A stretch of 64,000 bases of DNA from Octopus sinensis (taxonomy: Eukaryota): the NCBI RefSeq assembly GCF_006345805.1, contig NC_043000.1, positions 47,740,001 through 47,804,000 of the forward strand, in the 5' to 3' direction. The notes below the pieces were generated by a model. It searched no databases. It was given only the letters and a program-made list of their open reading frames with translations, and was not told the origin of the DNA. Shown in pieces: positions 14,521 to 26,104 of this stretch; within the stretch, counting starts at the first letter, position 1, and each line of letters starts with the position of its first letter. Both the position numbers and the translations under genes were made by a program.

Positions 14521-14642
14521 CTGTGTCTCATATTTTTGTTTGCCCACTCAGGTGTATCTATCAATTCATCTTTGTATGTGTGTGTGTGTGTGTGTGTGTA
14601 TATCTATATTTATATCTATTTATCTATCTATATATCTATCTA

Positions 14643-14681
<39 letters not shown>

Positions 14682-16479
14682 CCCTAATGGCCTTAACTCC
14701 CAAATTTTAGTCATTTCTTTTACGATCCAAAACTAGGTCAAAAGTACTGAATGGATCTTTATGAAATTTGGAAATTTCCCCCATGACAATTCATATATTT
14801 TTGTTGTTGAAGAAATTTTAACCATAGATATTAGACACAAATGAAGTGATATTTATAAAACTTCATCTTCTTATAAGTTAAAAAAAAAACCTCCCAGGGG
14901 ACTTAACACCCACAATTTTGTCATTTTATCTAAGCAAGAATGAATACACTTGTGCTCTTGGAAGCTGTAGGGTTACCCGAGCATAAAAGATGAGCATTAT
15001 TTGTAAAATCAATGGTACAACAGTGTAACAGTTTGCTTTGACATACACATACATTGTGATTTCTGCAATGCGGTGCATAAATTGTCAAGTAAATGAGAGG
15101 CATCTTTGCCTCCACCGATTCAGTTGCAAAGTGTTGAGTAAAGTTATTTGATTGCAGACCTCCTTTCAGTCTTTTTATTATCACTGGGTCACACATAGTC
15201 CCCAGATGGTAACATTGATTTCAAGGCCTTCCCAGATGAGTGACTGGTTATTCAAAGACATTTATAGATTGTAAATTTATTCTGTCCAGTTACGTATCAG
15301 TATAGTGATCATTTGCAAACTCCAGAGGCGACACTTTAATTTCTCCTTAGCCCTCACGTCACACAATTGTTAATGTTTATTTCAGTTGGATCACACCCTT
15401 CCTATTGCTATAGATTCATAATGCATCTTACGGCTGTGCCTGTCACTTGGATAGTGAGAAATCCTACATTGGGAGTGGTAACGACTAGGGTAGGGTAGCT
15501 GACTGCTTATTGTAATCATTCGTCTTTTGATTTTCTGTAGCTTTGCTCTCTTTTACAAACCCAGGGAACATATATTTCCTATTTCAAAGAAATTCAAACA
15601 ATAGATATAAGACCCAAGTTAAAAAGATTCTCAACAATTCAACTTCTCTGGTTGACATTAAGATGACCACCCCCAACAGGGACCTTAACTCGCACCTTTT
15701 AGAGCTTATGACCTTCATTTTTCAGGAGCAAAATCTTTTTAACAGGTTCAATAAGACTGGAATTTTGGAATATGCGCATAAAAATCAGTAGTATGGGATA
15801 CATGTGTCATGATTACAATTTTTTTAGGCTGTGTAAAGAGGGAAATAACCCTCATCTGCAATTCTGATGAAATTCAAAACATAGATATTCCAGTTCATTA
15901 CAGAAAATATAACAGAAAAGTCTAATTCGTCAATTGAATGTAACATGGGGAATGCCGGGTATCTCTGCTTGTGTTAAATAAAATCATAATTGATAATCCT
16001 GTATTGATAATCCTGTATATTCCTTTACCCAAAGTCAGGAACTTTCCAGCACCATCTTGTATATATAAAATACATATATATATATATATATATATACATT
16101 GATATAGAACAATGAGTGCTCAACACTGCATTGGTAGATAATTCTTTATTTATAGGTTAAGGCTACCATTGATTTCATGTTAAGGGAAGTCTCTCAACAC
16201 TTATCAATCCTATCCTATGGAACATTGGTGTTCATCTCCATTTCAAATTAAAACATGAAACACCATGTAAGATCACACAAACGCACACACACACACATCT
16301 ATATGTATATATATGTATGAACTTTTTCCAGTTTCTGTCTACCAAATCCACTCAAAAAGCTTTTGTCAGCTTGGAGCTGCACAGATGGACTGAACCCAAG
16401 ACCACTTCATTGCAAAATAATCTTCTTACCCACAGAACCACACTAACATCTGTTGTCAAGTGATGGTATATATTTCATA

Positions 16480-16790
16480 ATATCAGGGTAATAAAGATTT
16501 TAGAAATTTTTACTACCAGTGGCCTTGCGTATAGAAAAAATTAGTCAATAGACTATATATTATTCATATAAAATACAGTGTACATGTAAATACATTAAGA
16601 GGTATCCATTATAGGTCTCCCTATGCTAGAAGGAACAGCTAAAGTTCAAACCACTAATTAGGGATAAAATCTCGAAGGGAAGGTAAAATAAAAACATTTA
16701 CCATCTATTTCCTAGACCATGGTTTCAGACTTTTTTAGCAAATAAAATAATTTGCTAGGCAAAGTCTTCATCAACAGGTATGCAAAGATT
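16480..16790 (-). mobile_element. Penelope-like pLTR-type short element containing a hammerhead
   Basis: Homologous to 2660-3024, has no ORF and contains the hammerhead at 16711-16778. PLE assignment is inferred from the known pLTR-hammerhead association. Confidence 0.6.
16711..16778 (-). ncRNA. Type I hammerhead ribozyme candidate, U3-G8 core
   Basis: CCUG-UUGAUGA-AGACUUU-GCC-UAGCAAAU-UAUUUU-AUUUGCUA-AA-AAAGUCU-GAAA-CCAUGG-UC|UAGG. Stem I 4 bp, stem II 7+8 bp, palindromic stem III ACCAUGGU, GUC triplet. Confidence 0.8.
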
Positions 16791-17019
16791 AAGCATATAA
16801 GTATGAGGCGAATCCAGCATGTGCCTCCTGCTTATATATTCTAATTTGGCTGTGTGGTAAGAACCTTGCTTCATAATTATGTGGTTCTAGTTTCAGTCCC
16901 ACTGTGTGGCACCTTGGGCAAGTGTCTTGTACTATGGTCTCGGGCTGACCAAAACCTTGTGAGATGGATTTGGTTGATATAAATTGAAAGAAGTCCATCA
17001 TACATATATATATACATAT

Positions 17020-17052
<33 letters not shown>

Positions 17053-17196
17053 TATATATACGTATATATATACATATATATATATATACATATATATATA
17101 CATATATATACGTATATATATACATATATATATATACGTATATATATACATATATATATATATATACGTATATATATACATATATATATATATACG

Positions 17197-17250
<54 letters not shown>

Positions 17251-17260
17251 CGTATATATA

Positions 17261-17660
17261 TATATAATTATAACAATAAGGGTCTTTGCAACAAGTTGCT
17301 TGACCACATACCGAAAATTTTAGAAATAGCAGCCAAAAGACTACTATTTCCTTTTACTACAAAAATATGTCTCCACAGACAACAATATTTGCAACTCATA
17401 TATGGCAAAAAAGAAGAAAAATAGCGAAATCAAACAGTCCATAGTCAATTATGGACGCACGTTTCTGGATTAGAATCATAAGATTCATTTCTTTCATCAA
17501 CATAATATTCCGGTAAATAAATCTGTGGTCAAGCAACTTGTTGCAAAGACCCTTATTGTTATAATTATATAAATTTTTACCGAATATGGTCCTTTTCCAT
17601 ACCGAATATACTACTAAGTGAAATTTTTTGATTTTATTAAATTAATTATATTTCACCCTA
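17261..17660 (-). mobile_element. Penelope-like short element with a perfect 48-bp inverted repeat
   Basis: 17261-17308 is the exact reverse complement of 17524-17571. It sits in (TA)n and encloses the hammerhead at 17448-17506. Confidence 0.65.
17448..17506 (-). ncRNA. Type I hammerhead ribozyme candidate, U3-G8 core, degraded stem II base
   Basis: AUUAUG-UUGAUGA-AAGAAAU-GAAUC-UUAU-GAUUC-UAAUCCA-GAAA-CGUGCG-UC|CAUAAU. Perfect 6-bp stem I, near-palindromic stem III ACGUGCGU, GUC triplet. Confidence 0.7.
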
Positions 17661-17667
17661 TATCTGT

Positions 17668-17702
<35 letters not shown>

Positions 17703-18756
17703 CGGATGCTAAATGATGATGATGATGATGATGATGATGATATATATATATATATGCTAACATGGAGGGTGGACATTAAACAATGATGATATGTGCGTGT
17801 GTGCCTGTGTGTCTGTGTTTGTCCCCCACCACCACTTGACAACCATAACTTAGCAGTTTGACAAAAAAGGTCAATAGAATAAGTACCAGGCTTAAAGAAA
17901 TATAAGTATAGGGGTTGAAAGAAATAAAAGATAAAAATAAGTCCCAGTTCTTTTTCGTATTTAAGTGTAATACATACCCATCCTGTCCATGGGGCTTCTT
18001 ATTCTCATCAATTTAAGGTGACTTATACTAGAGTTATATAGCACTATTGACAGTCAGTAAAATCATGTGACTGATAGCATGTAGTAATTATTTCATCTCT
18101 TGGTATTCTGAGTTCAAATCTTGCTGGATTCAACTTTAACTGTCATCCTCCTGGGGTAGATTTTCTTCTTGCCTTTTGTATTTTTATTTTAATGATATAA
18201 TACGAAAATTCCATAATACATATAATATATCTAAATTATTGAACTCAAAACTTAATATACAAATAGTAGAATGACAGTTGTCTTCCAGAATATTTTTGAT
18301 AAAAAATATAGAAATAAAAAGCAATGCAAATAAAAATATTTCAAAGGAATAAAAGTAATGTATTCATCAAACTCTTTTATTTATGTGTTGCTGAGGTAGC
18401 CATTATACTAGAAATAGCAGCCAAATATCCCTCAAATTACACTCTACCATTTAAAAACGAGAAGGATCTATTGAATAATGAAGTTCAATGCTTGAGAAAA
18501 TAATAATAATAATATCAAACAGTTGTGACAGTTGGTACTTGGTATTTTCAATTATAATGTCTTCATAACGTTCTAAATAATTATAATAAATCCTTGAATT
18601 TTTATTCTTCAATATCTTACTATTGAAATGATTACAAGAAATGATTGCTAGTAATAGCAAATTTAAATTCTAGTCTTCTGTGATACATCACTGTTAATCT
18701 TAATAAATTATACTAAATTTTATCTCAAGCATTGTCTTGGAATGTGGAAACATATC

Positions 18757-19000
18757 TTAGATTCTGAATTCAAGAGAATTATTTACCGTTACAAGTTCTT
18801 ATCTTGTTCTCCATAAGGAACAGATTAATGTTCACAGTCAGTTCTCACACCATTTTGATACCATTTTGGAACTCAACCATTATTTAAGGATGTGGGAATA
18901 TAACTTAGATTGTAAAGAATTATTTACTCTTAGAACATTTTATGTTGGTCTCTGCAAGGAACTGACTAATGTTCACAGCCAGTTTTCACATCATTCTAAT
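18757..19000. repeat. Old tandem duplication, period about 148 bp
   Basis: TTAGATT...GAATTATTTAC...AAGGAAC.GA.TAATGTTCACAG.CAGTT.TCACA.CATT occurs at about 18757 and about 18905. Confidence 0.75.
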
Positions 19001-20235
19001 TTCTTAAAAACTCACAACAAAAACCACTAGATGGTCAAATGTCAGTGCCTTTTGGATCATCAGTTATTTCTCTCATCCTTGTGAAGTCCACCACATTACT
19101 TGATTAGCAAGTCTGGATGGAAGATGGAAACCTTAATGCATGGCTGAACCAATTCAATCCAAATGATAGTGTGAATTTATCGATTTGACAGTCTTCATAT
19201 TTATTGCTACATAACATCTAATATAACTGAGGAAGAAACAAGCTCCAAAGTTAGATCAGTCTAGTTTACTATGTTCATGTTAATAATGTGGATTGGCAGA
19301 TATAGCTGAGCATTGGACTAAATGGCATATACTTGTTTGTTTTATTTCTCTGCATTATGAATTCAAATCTCATGAGAGCCTGGTTTTGGCTTGCATCTCT
19401 CTATAGTCAATATATTAAGAACCAGCAATCTAACAAAGTTGATTCAGTCGATTATACTGTTTCTCTATAAATTTGTAACCATTGAACCAATGTGATAAAT
19501 CATTATGTTAATGTAAATCACTATTTGTTTCAACGTGAGAAATCCTATCAATGATATTATCAGCTTCACTAGTTTTTCCCTGATATTATAAACATACTTA
19601 AATCGGAAGCTACAATTACTCTCTCAAATTATTTGTTCCTCTCATTATACAGTTCCTCTCATTATTCTGAGGTCTCGTCTCTATTTTCCATTTTAAACCC
19701 ATAATTTCTTATGGGTAGTTGACATTCCTGAACTGTTAGATATGTTCTTAAATAATATATTAATGACTAGTGGCTTGATACTTCTTCTGTAACATGCACC
19801 GTCCAAACCGAATCTATGGCTAAGAGAGATACTTTACAGTGGTTCAGTCAAGCCATATGTAAATAAGTATAATATATAAATAAGAACAATTGAACAGTTG
19901 AACACAACTGTAAGAAATGGGAATGCTGTGTAATTAATGTTCTATTAGCATGATGTGCCATGTTAAATCCTACATTGAATCGGTCATGCAATAACAACTG
20001 CAGATTTCTGGGAAATATATCATCACTGGAATAAAATAGACTTGATATGAATAAACCATGTGTGTACCAAATTAAAGGTAGGCATGATAATCTGAATCTG
20101 GCTGGTTAGAACATAAAACAGGTAACATATTTGGACAGGATATAATTTGTTTAAATGAAAGTTAAAATGATCGAAACTATAATCTTTCATCAAAATTTTA
20201 TACTAATTAGACCCCAGTATAATTTTTTTTTTCTC

Positions 20236-20445
20236 TCTAGTTTCAGCTCAGAGCTGCAGCCATACTGATGCACCGCCGTTTTGCTACACTGTTATTACTA
20301 AGAGCCTACTCTAATATGTGGCACTTGATGAAGAATGGAGTTTGATATAGCTACCCTCATATGCACCTCTTGCCGTGAGGTAGGTTCATCTGGGACTCTC
20401 GACAGGAAGAGGTCCAGCTTTGAGTTAAAAATCCCTACATCTAAT
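20236..20445 (-). mobile_element. 3' fragment of the same CR1/L2-group LINE family as 10533-13554
   Basis: Aligns with about 10560-10770 (CTAGTTTCAGCT..., GTTCATCTGGGAC, GACAGGAAGAG.TCCAGCTT). Confidence 0.8.
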
Positions 20446-21482
20446 TAGATCACAGTATAATAATGAGAAAGTTATTTTACTAAATTCTTCATTATCTTCA
20501 AAATTAATATAAGTAAAGGCATCATGTGTTGACAGAAATATGGTAACAAACGGGTTAAACAATGCAACCTACTGTATTTTTTTGGTAAAGTAGTAAATAA
20601 TTCAACTTCAGTGGTGAGAAAACAGCAGCAAGCCATACTTTTCAATGATATAAAATTAAATCATCTCTAGTATATACTAACAGGAGTGGGTGTAAATTTC
20701 ATTGTTTTCCTTCTCTCTTTTTTTTTTTAAATCATTTTCAGTTTAATGTGATTATGCTTATATAATGAAAACGTATGTGTCTGGATGTTATTATATTAGA
20801 ATATAAAGGTTTTAGAGTTTTGTTTGAAATTACACAGATAACATTGAAAGTAAAGTATTGTTATTTATTTCATGCTGTGGAATTTTGTGAAGGATTTCTT
20901 CTTTTATAATGAGAATACTGAATGGAAACAAAGAGAAATAACTGTTTGTGTAGAATTAGATGTTGCTGATACAAAAACATGAAATTTATGCTTGTTAGAC
21001 AGGACCATTAAGATAATATTTTCACAAATATTCTAACAATGCATTGAAATAATCTTCAATGTATATTTAAAAAAAGAACTTTTCTTTAAGGCTTATAGTC
21101 CATAATGAGGGGAAAACATTAAGGTATTTTAGTATTGCTGTTGAGTACCAGTAACTATAGGTAGATTCTTGGCGAGATAATTTTGCAGCCACAAACGGTT
21201 TCAATTCTTGATTGTACTCATTTCCCTTCATTTACATTGTTTGTGTTTTTAGAAAGCCATGAACATCATCAAATCTTATTTTCTTTTTCCTCAAAAACAA
21301 AAAAAAAATGTTTTCAAATTGACACTTTCACCTACTTAGAACATTATACAAATAACTAATAACTTCTGTGTTACCATTTTTATCTTGTTCAAATTATTAT
21401 CACTAAATATCATTTAGGAAACTGACTATTGGGCTAAAAGCTGTTTGCTGTGGTATTTCAACTTCCATATCAATGGTTCTAT

Positions 21483-21782
21483 TGTTTGTTCTCGAGCCAT
21501 GCCTGGCTCATAAGGGCTGGTTTCCCAGTTTCCTTGGTGTATAGGTTTCCCACCTGGACAGGATGCCGGTCCGTCGCAGGTGAGCTGCTAGACGCAGGAG
21601 GAAAGAGTGAGAGAAAGTTGTATCAAAAGAGTCAGCAGAAGTTTGCCATTACCTTCTGCCAGAGTCACATGGAGCTTAGGTGTTTTGCTCATAAACACAC
21701 ACATCGCCCGGTCTGAGATTCGAACCCACAATCCCTCTACCACGAGTCCACTGCTCTAACCACTAGGCCATGTGTCTCCACA
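21483..21782 (-). mobile_element. SINE family B
   Basis: Reverse complement of 3287-3585. Confidence 0.85.
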
Positions 21783-22094
21783 ATGGTTCTATGAATCCTG
21801 CCAATTGGTGAAGACATGCCATTACTGGAGCTTATATTTAGCCATACCCACCTTCCCTTCTAAAAAATAATCCTTTCTACTATAGTCACAAGACCTGAAA
21901 TTTGGGGGAGGGGGACTAGTCAATTACATCAACTTTAGTGCTCAACTGGTAATTATTTTATCAACCCAGAAAGTATGGAAAGCCAAGTCAACCTCAGCAG
22001 AATACCTAAGTCTCTCACGAATCATATCCATTTGTCTTATAAAAAGAAGGATACATTGAATCATCAATTTCTACAAAAAACTCTGACAAAATAT

Positions 22095-22330
22095 AACTCT
22101 CTTTACTCTTTTACTTGTTTCAGTCATTTGACTGTGGCCATGCTGGACCACTGTCTTTAGTCGAACCGCTAAGTTATGCGGACGTAAACACACCAGCATC
22201 ATATATACGGCAGGCTTCTTTCAGTTTCCGTCTACCAAATCCACTCACAAGGCTTTGGTTGGCACGAGGCTATAGTAGAAGACACTTGCCCAAGGTGCCA
22301 CGCAGTGGGACTGAACCCGGAACCATGTGG
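22095..22330 (-). mobile_element. SINE family A with internal deletions
   Basis: Tail TTTCAGTCATTTGACTGTGGCCATGCTGG and head part GGGACTGAACCCGGAACCATGTGG. Confidence 0.8.
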
Positions 22331-23171
22331 AATATATCTGGTTGTACATCTGCTTAATCAGAACTTACCAAGGGACAAACAACAACATCTAATAGTTGTA
22401 CTTTAAATCAGTAAACTATCAACACAGAGATGAGATGAGCTGAACAAGTGTGCCAGCTTCCCTGTAGTAATTTGACCTGTTAGATATTAATAGCTGTCTT
22501 TCATCTTTAAAATAAATTCACTAAAGCATTATTTCTTGTTTTTTTTTTTTGGACTGTTAACCTCATTTTTATAGATGAATAGACATTTTAATATTTACAT
22601 CTATATGTAAATATTAAAAGACTTTTACATCGTTAAAGTGAAGTTAATAGTGCAAAAAATTCATAATCTTATTAACAATATTTTATGGCAGACATTTAGA
22701 AATTTCAGAAAAACATAATGTCTCAAGTGCATTAACATAAGACAACATAATATACTTTTCAGCAGTAGATACCTCTTGTATTTGGTTGGATACCTTTTGT
22801 GGAGGACTGTGGCAGATTGGTGTTCTATAAGCAGAATCCAAGTGAGTTGACCAAAGAACTGTGTGTGGATTTGGTGGAGAGAAGCTAAAAGAAACTCATT
22901 TTGTGTGTGTGTATGTGTATGTGCATATATATATATATATATAAATATATTTAGATTCAGATAGATATGGTCCTTAAGTTAAATGCACCAGAATTTGGTA
23001 TGGTATTATTCATATAAATCAAATGGGGTGATTATAATCAAAATAAGCAACAAGGATATCCAAGGTAGTGCAGTACAATCGTTTCATGCTACTTCATTTA
23101 ATTAAACAATGTAGGTATTACATATAGAATTTTTTAGTTAAATAGACAATGTTCATTTTTATACTTATTCC

Positions 23172-23172
<1 letters not shown>

Positions 23173-23202
<30 letters not shown>

Positions 23203-23205
23203 TGT

Positions 23206-23236
<31 letters not shown>

Positions 23237-23530
23237 ATGTATGTATGTATGTATATATGTATGTATGTATGTATGTATGCATGTATGTATATATGTATGT
23301 ATGCATGCATGTATGTATATATGTATGTATGTATGTATTTATGTATGTATGTATTTATGTATGTATGTATTTATGTATGTATGCATGTATGTATTTATGT
23401 ATGTGTGTATGTATATATGTATGTATGCATGCATGTATGTATGTATATATGTATGTATGTATGTATTTATGTATGTATGCATTTATGTATGTATGTATGT
23501 ATGTATGCATGTATGTATGTATGTATACAC
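23173..23530. repeat. (TATG)n microsatellite
   Basis: Directly visible. Confidence 0.95.
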
Positions 23531-24109
23531 ACATAATGTAGCTAGGACTACATTACTAAGCGTACCTATTCTTAAGACAGCCATGTTTGATTTACTATTT
23601 CTAACAGGTTGGGTGATCAATTATCTGGCCAAAATGTCTTCACTCTTATAGGTTCAAGCTAGTCAGATCTTGCCTCTTACACCTACCTACAATGCCATTC
23701 TAAAAATAGCCTCATTATCAAAATCTCAAAGTTACAAAATAATGCTTGAGTAAGCATTACATTTGACATATGAAGTTGAATGCTAAAAGGTTAAAAGTTT
23801 TTCCATTTGTTCAACAATGTTTATAGTTGTAGCAGTCTTTTGCAGACATTATGTCTCTAGGAATACGTTGCCAAATATGTCCATATTTTTAAGACTATAG
23901 AGTTCAACTTCAAGATGTGATTACTATTTCTAACATGCTGAGCAACCAAATAGGGTCTTCCTCATTTGCTCAGCAGGAAACATTATAGTTTAAAATTTCA
24001 TTGTAAAGATGCAGCTTTCTTTTACAGACATATTCGATGTCAATATCCAATATTTTAAATCTGGTTTTGTCCCCATTAACAGGGGTGGCCAGATCTACTG
24101 CTCTTACAC

Positions 24110-25263
24110 AATTTCACTGTCTCACCACCCCACCCGATTTTGGGCATCCTCCCCCCTCAAGCCAACCCTCCCAATCTCCTCCTCCACCTGTCCCCTCCAC
24201 ATTTTCTTTGGTCAATCTCGCTTTCACAGTTCATTCACTTTAAACTAAAGCACTCCCCTCAGAACACGATCCTCATCCCTCCTCAACAGATGTTCGTACT
24301 ACTGCACCCCATTTACCCATGCCAGCTGTTCCACCAATTCCTCTAACCCCAGCATCCCCATCAAGTCCTCAGCCCTCCTTTTATCCAATAGTTACACACC
24401 ACACATTGCCCTCACCATTGCTCTCTTAGTCCTTCTCAAAATTGCCATTTCGCTTTCCCCCAGACTCCATGTCTCACTCCTACACAGCATTGCAGATCTC
24501 ACACAACTCTGATGAACCCTTCTTTTCATCTTCAAGAAAATTTTCCCATATATATTTCTTTACTGCCCACAAGGGGCTAAACATAGAGGGGACAAACAAG
24601 GACAGACAAACGGATTAAGTCGATTACATCGACCCCAGTGTGAAACTGGTACTTTATTTATCGAACCCAAAAGGATGAAAGGCAAAGTGGACCTTGGCGG
24701 AATTTGAACCCAGAACGTAACAGCAGACGAAATACGGCTACGCATTTCGCCCAACATGCTAACGTTTCTGCCAGCTTGCCACCTTTCCCATATAACAATG
24801 CTCCACATTCCCTGAGCTTCACCCTGCCAAGTCTCGCTTTTGCTGTCACAGCTGCTTCACATCCACCACTTACATCTATCCACCCTATCTCCCAAATAAC
24901 AAAAGCTTCTCAAAACCAGCTCATCACATAATGTTTCCACTGGTTCTGCCAGCCCTCCAGCTCCTTTCTGTCATCTTCCACAAATAAAATCCCTTGCCAG
25001 TCTTGGGATCACCTTCTTCATTTTCAAACGTCAACCACGAAACCGTTTCCTACATTTTGCTAGCAACAGTGCATTTGCCATTACCCTCCACTCACACGCA
25101 CCAAATGGATCTACCTTACTCACTAATACTTCTCCTTCCACCCCACTCCCCATCACCTTTATCTTCCGGAAGTTAACCTTCAAACCCTTCCATTTCTGAA
25201 ACTTCTCCCTCAATCCCTCCATTGTCTCACTCATCAGAACAAGGTCATCTGCATGCTTATCTG
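24110..25263 (-). mobile_element. Decayed RTE-type LINE 3' fragment interrupted by a SINE
   Basis: ORF 25031-25312 contains (Y/H)ADDLVLMSET...GLKVNFRKIKVM and a Cys-rich segment typical of RTE-clade RT C-termini. Confidence 0.7.
24553..24783 (-). mobile_element. SINE family C with 11-bp TSD
   Basis: TSD TTTCCCATATA at 24542-24552 and 24784-24794; head GGTGGCAAGCTGGCAGAAACGTTAGC; B-box-like GGTTCAAATTCC. Confidence 0.9.
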
Positions 25264-25567
25264 ATGGCTTATAAACACCATCCATGCTGCAATTGTTTTC
25301 GTTCCAGCACACGATCTCAGATCAGGTCACTTGCTATGCAACTTTGTGTTTCATTATTCAAGGGCCAATAAAATAAAGTACCAATCAAGTAGCCATATAT
25401 TGATTTAATTAACCGGTGCTCTCTTCCTGAATGTAATGGCCAAGTATGGTAGATTGTACAGTAGAGTTCTAAGTCCCCTTCCTCACTCAACCATGGTGGA
25501 CCAAGATCAAATGAAATAATTCACTGGTGGAAGTACACTCTTATCAAGTCAATATTATCTATCTGTG

Positions 25568-25785
25568 AGGTGGCAAGCTGGCAGAATCGTTAATATGCCA
25601 GGCAAAATGCTTAGCAGCTTTTATCCATCCTTACATTCTGAGTTCAAATTCCACTAAGGTCAGCTTTGCCTTTCATCCTTTTAGAGTTGATAAAATAAGT
25701 ACCAGTGAAACACTGGGGTCGATGCAATCAAATAGTTCCATCCCCCAAAATTCTAGGCCTTGTGTCTTCAGTAGGAAGGATATTA
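25568..25785 (+). mobile_element. SINE family C
   Basis: GGTGGCAAGCTGGCAGAATCGTTA...GAGTTCAAATTCC...CTTTCATCCTT, same family as 24553-24783. Confidence 0.8.
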
Positions 25786-26104
25786 GCTACCTGTAACACC
25801 ATATATCTTTGTCAACACAACATGCACATAAACACAACTATACACATGCACACATACGCACACACATAAATGCACACTCGCACATACACACATTTACACA
25901 TCTTCCTGGTCACTCACACAGACCCCACCCTGTTCAAAAGAATAACACAAACGATAAAGAAAAAGAATTTGGATTATTTTGGATTAGCTTCTTCAAAAAG
26001 TCTCTGACGAATGTCCATTGTAAGTGACACAAAATACATAAGTCAACTCTTTGTCACAATGTCATATGTCACAAATGTGTTTCTTACAGATTATTTGTAT
26101 TTTA

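Larger units (their letters stand above)
10328..15971 (+). mobile_element. Non-autonomous Helitron (composite, with later insertions)
   Basis: 5' A|TCTATATATATAAAACTGAG...(GTCT)n. 3' end GGGGAATGCCGGGTATCTCTGCTTG|T is a degenerate version of the hairpin+CTAG end seen at 44394-44421. Inserted between A and T with no TSD. Confidence 0.75.
10189..16059 (+). mobile_element. Mariner-derived MITE (about 230 bp net) interrupted by a 5.6-kb Helitron
   Basis: TIRs TGAAAGGGTGCTGAAAAGTTCCT at 10189 and AGGAACTTTCCAGCACCATCTTG ending at 16059, with TA on both sides. The halves 10189-10327 and 15972-16059 rejoin as GGAAATA|TGTTAAATAAAATC. Confidence 0.8.
16843..17900 (+). mobile_element. SINE family A split by (TA)n expansion and a PLE-like insertion
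   Basis: Head at 16843-17000; 3' body GTGTCTGTGTTTGTCCCCCACC...AATAGAATAAGTACCAGGC at about 17795-17895. Confidence 0.75.

Noticed and set aside
14930-15196. 88-aa ORF inside the Helitron as a captured gene or Rep/helicase fragment
   Set aside because: No recognisable motif.
23070-23085. Minus-strand GAAACGAUUGUA|CUGC, resembling the 3' half of a hammerhead
   Set aside because: No CUGANGA-type half or stem I partner is present upstream.
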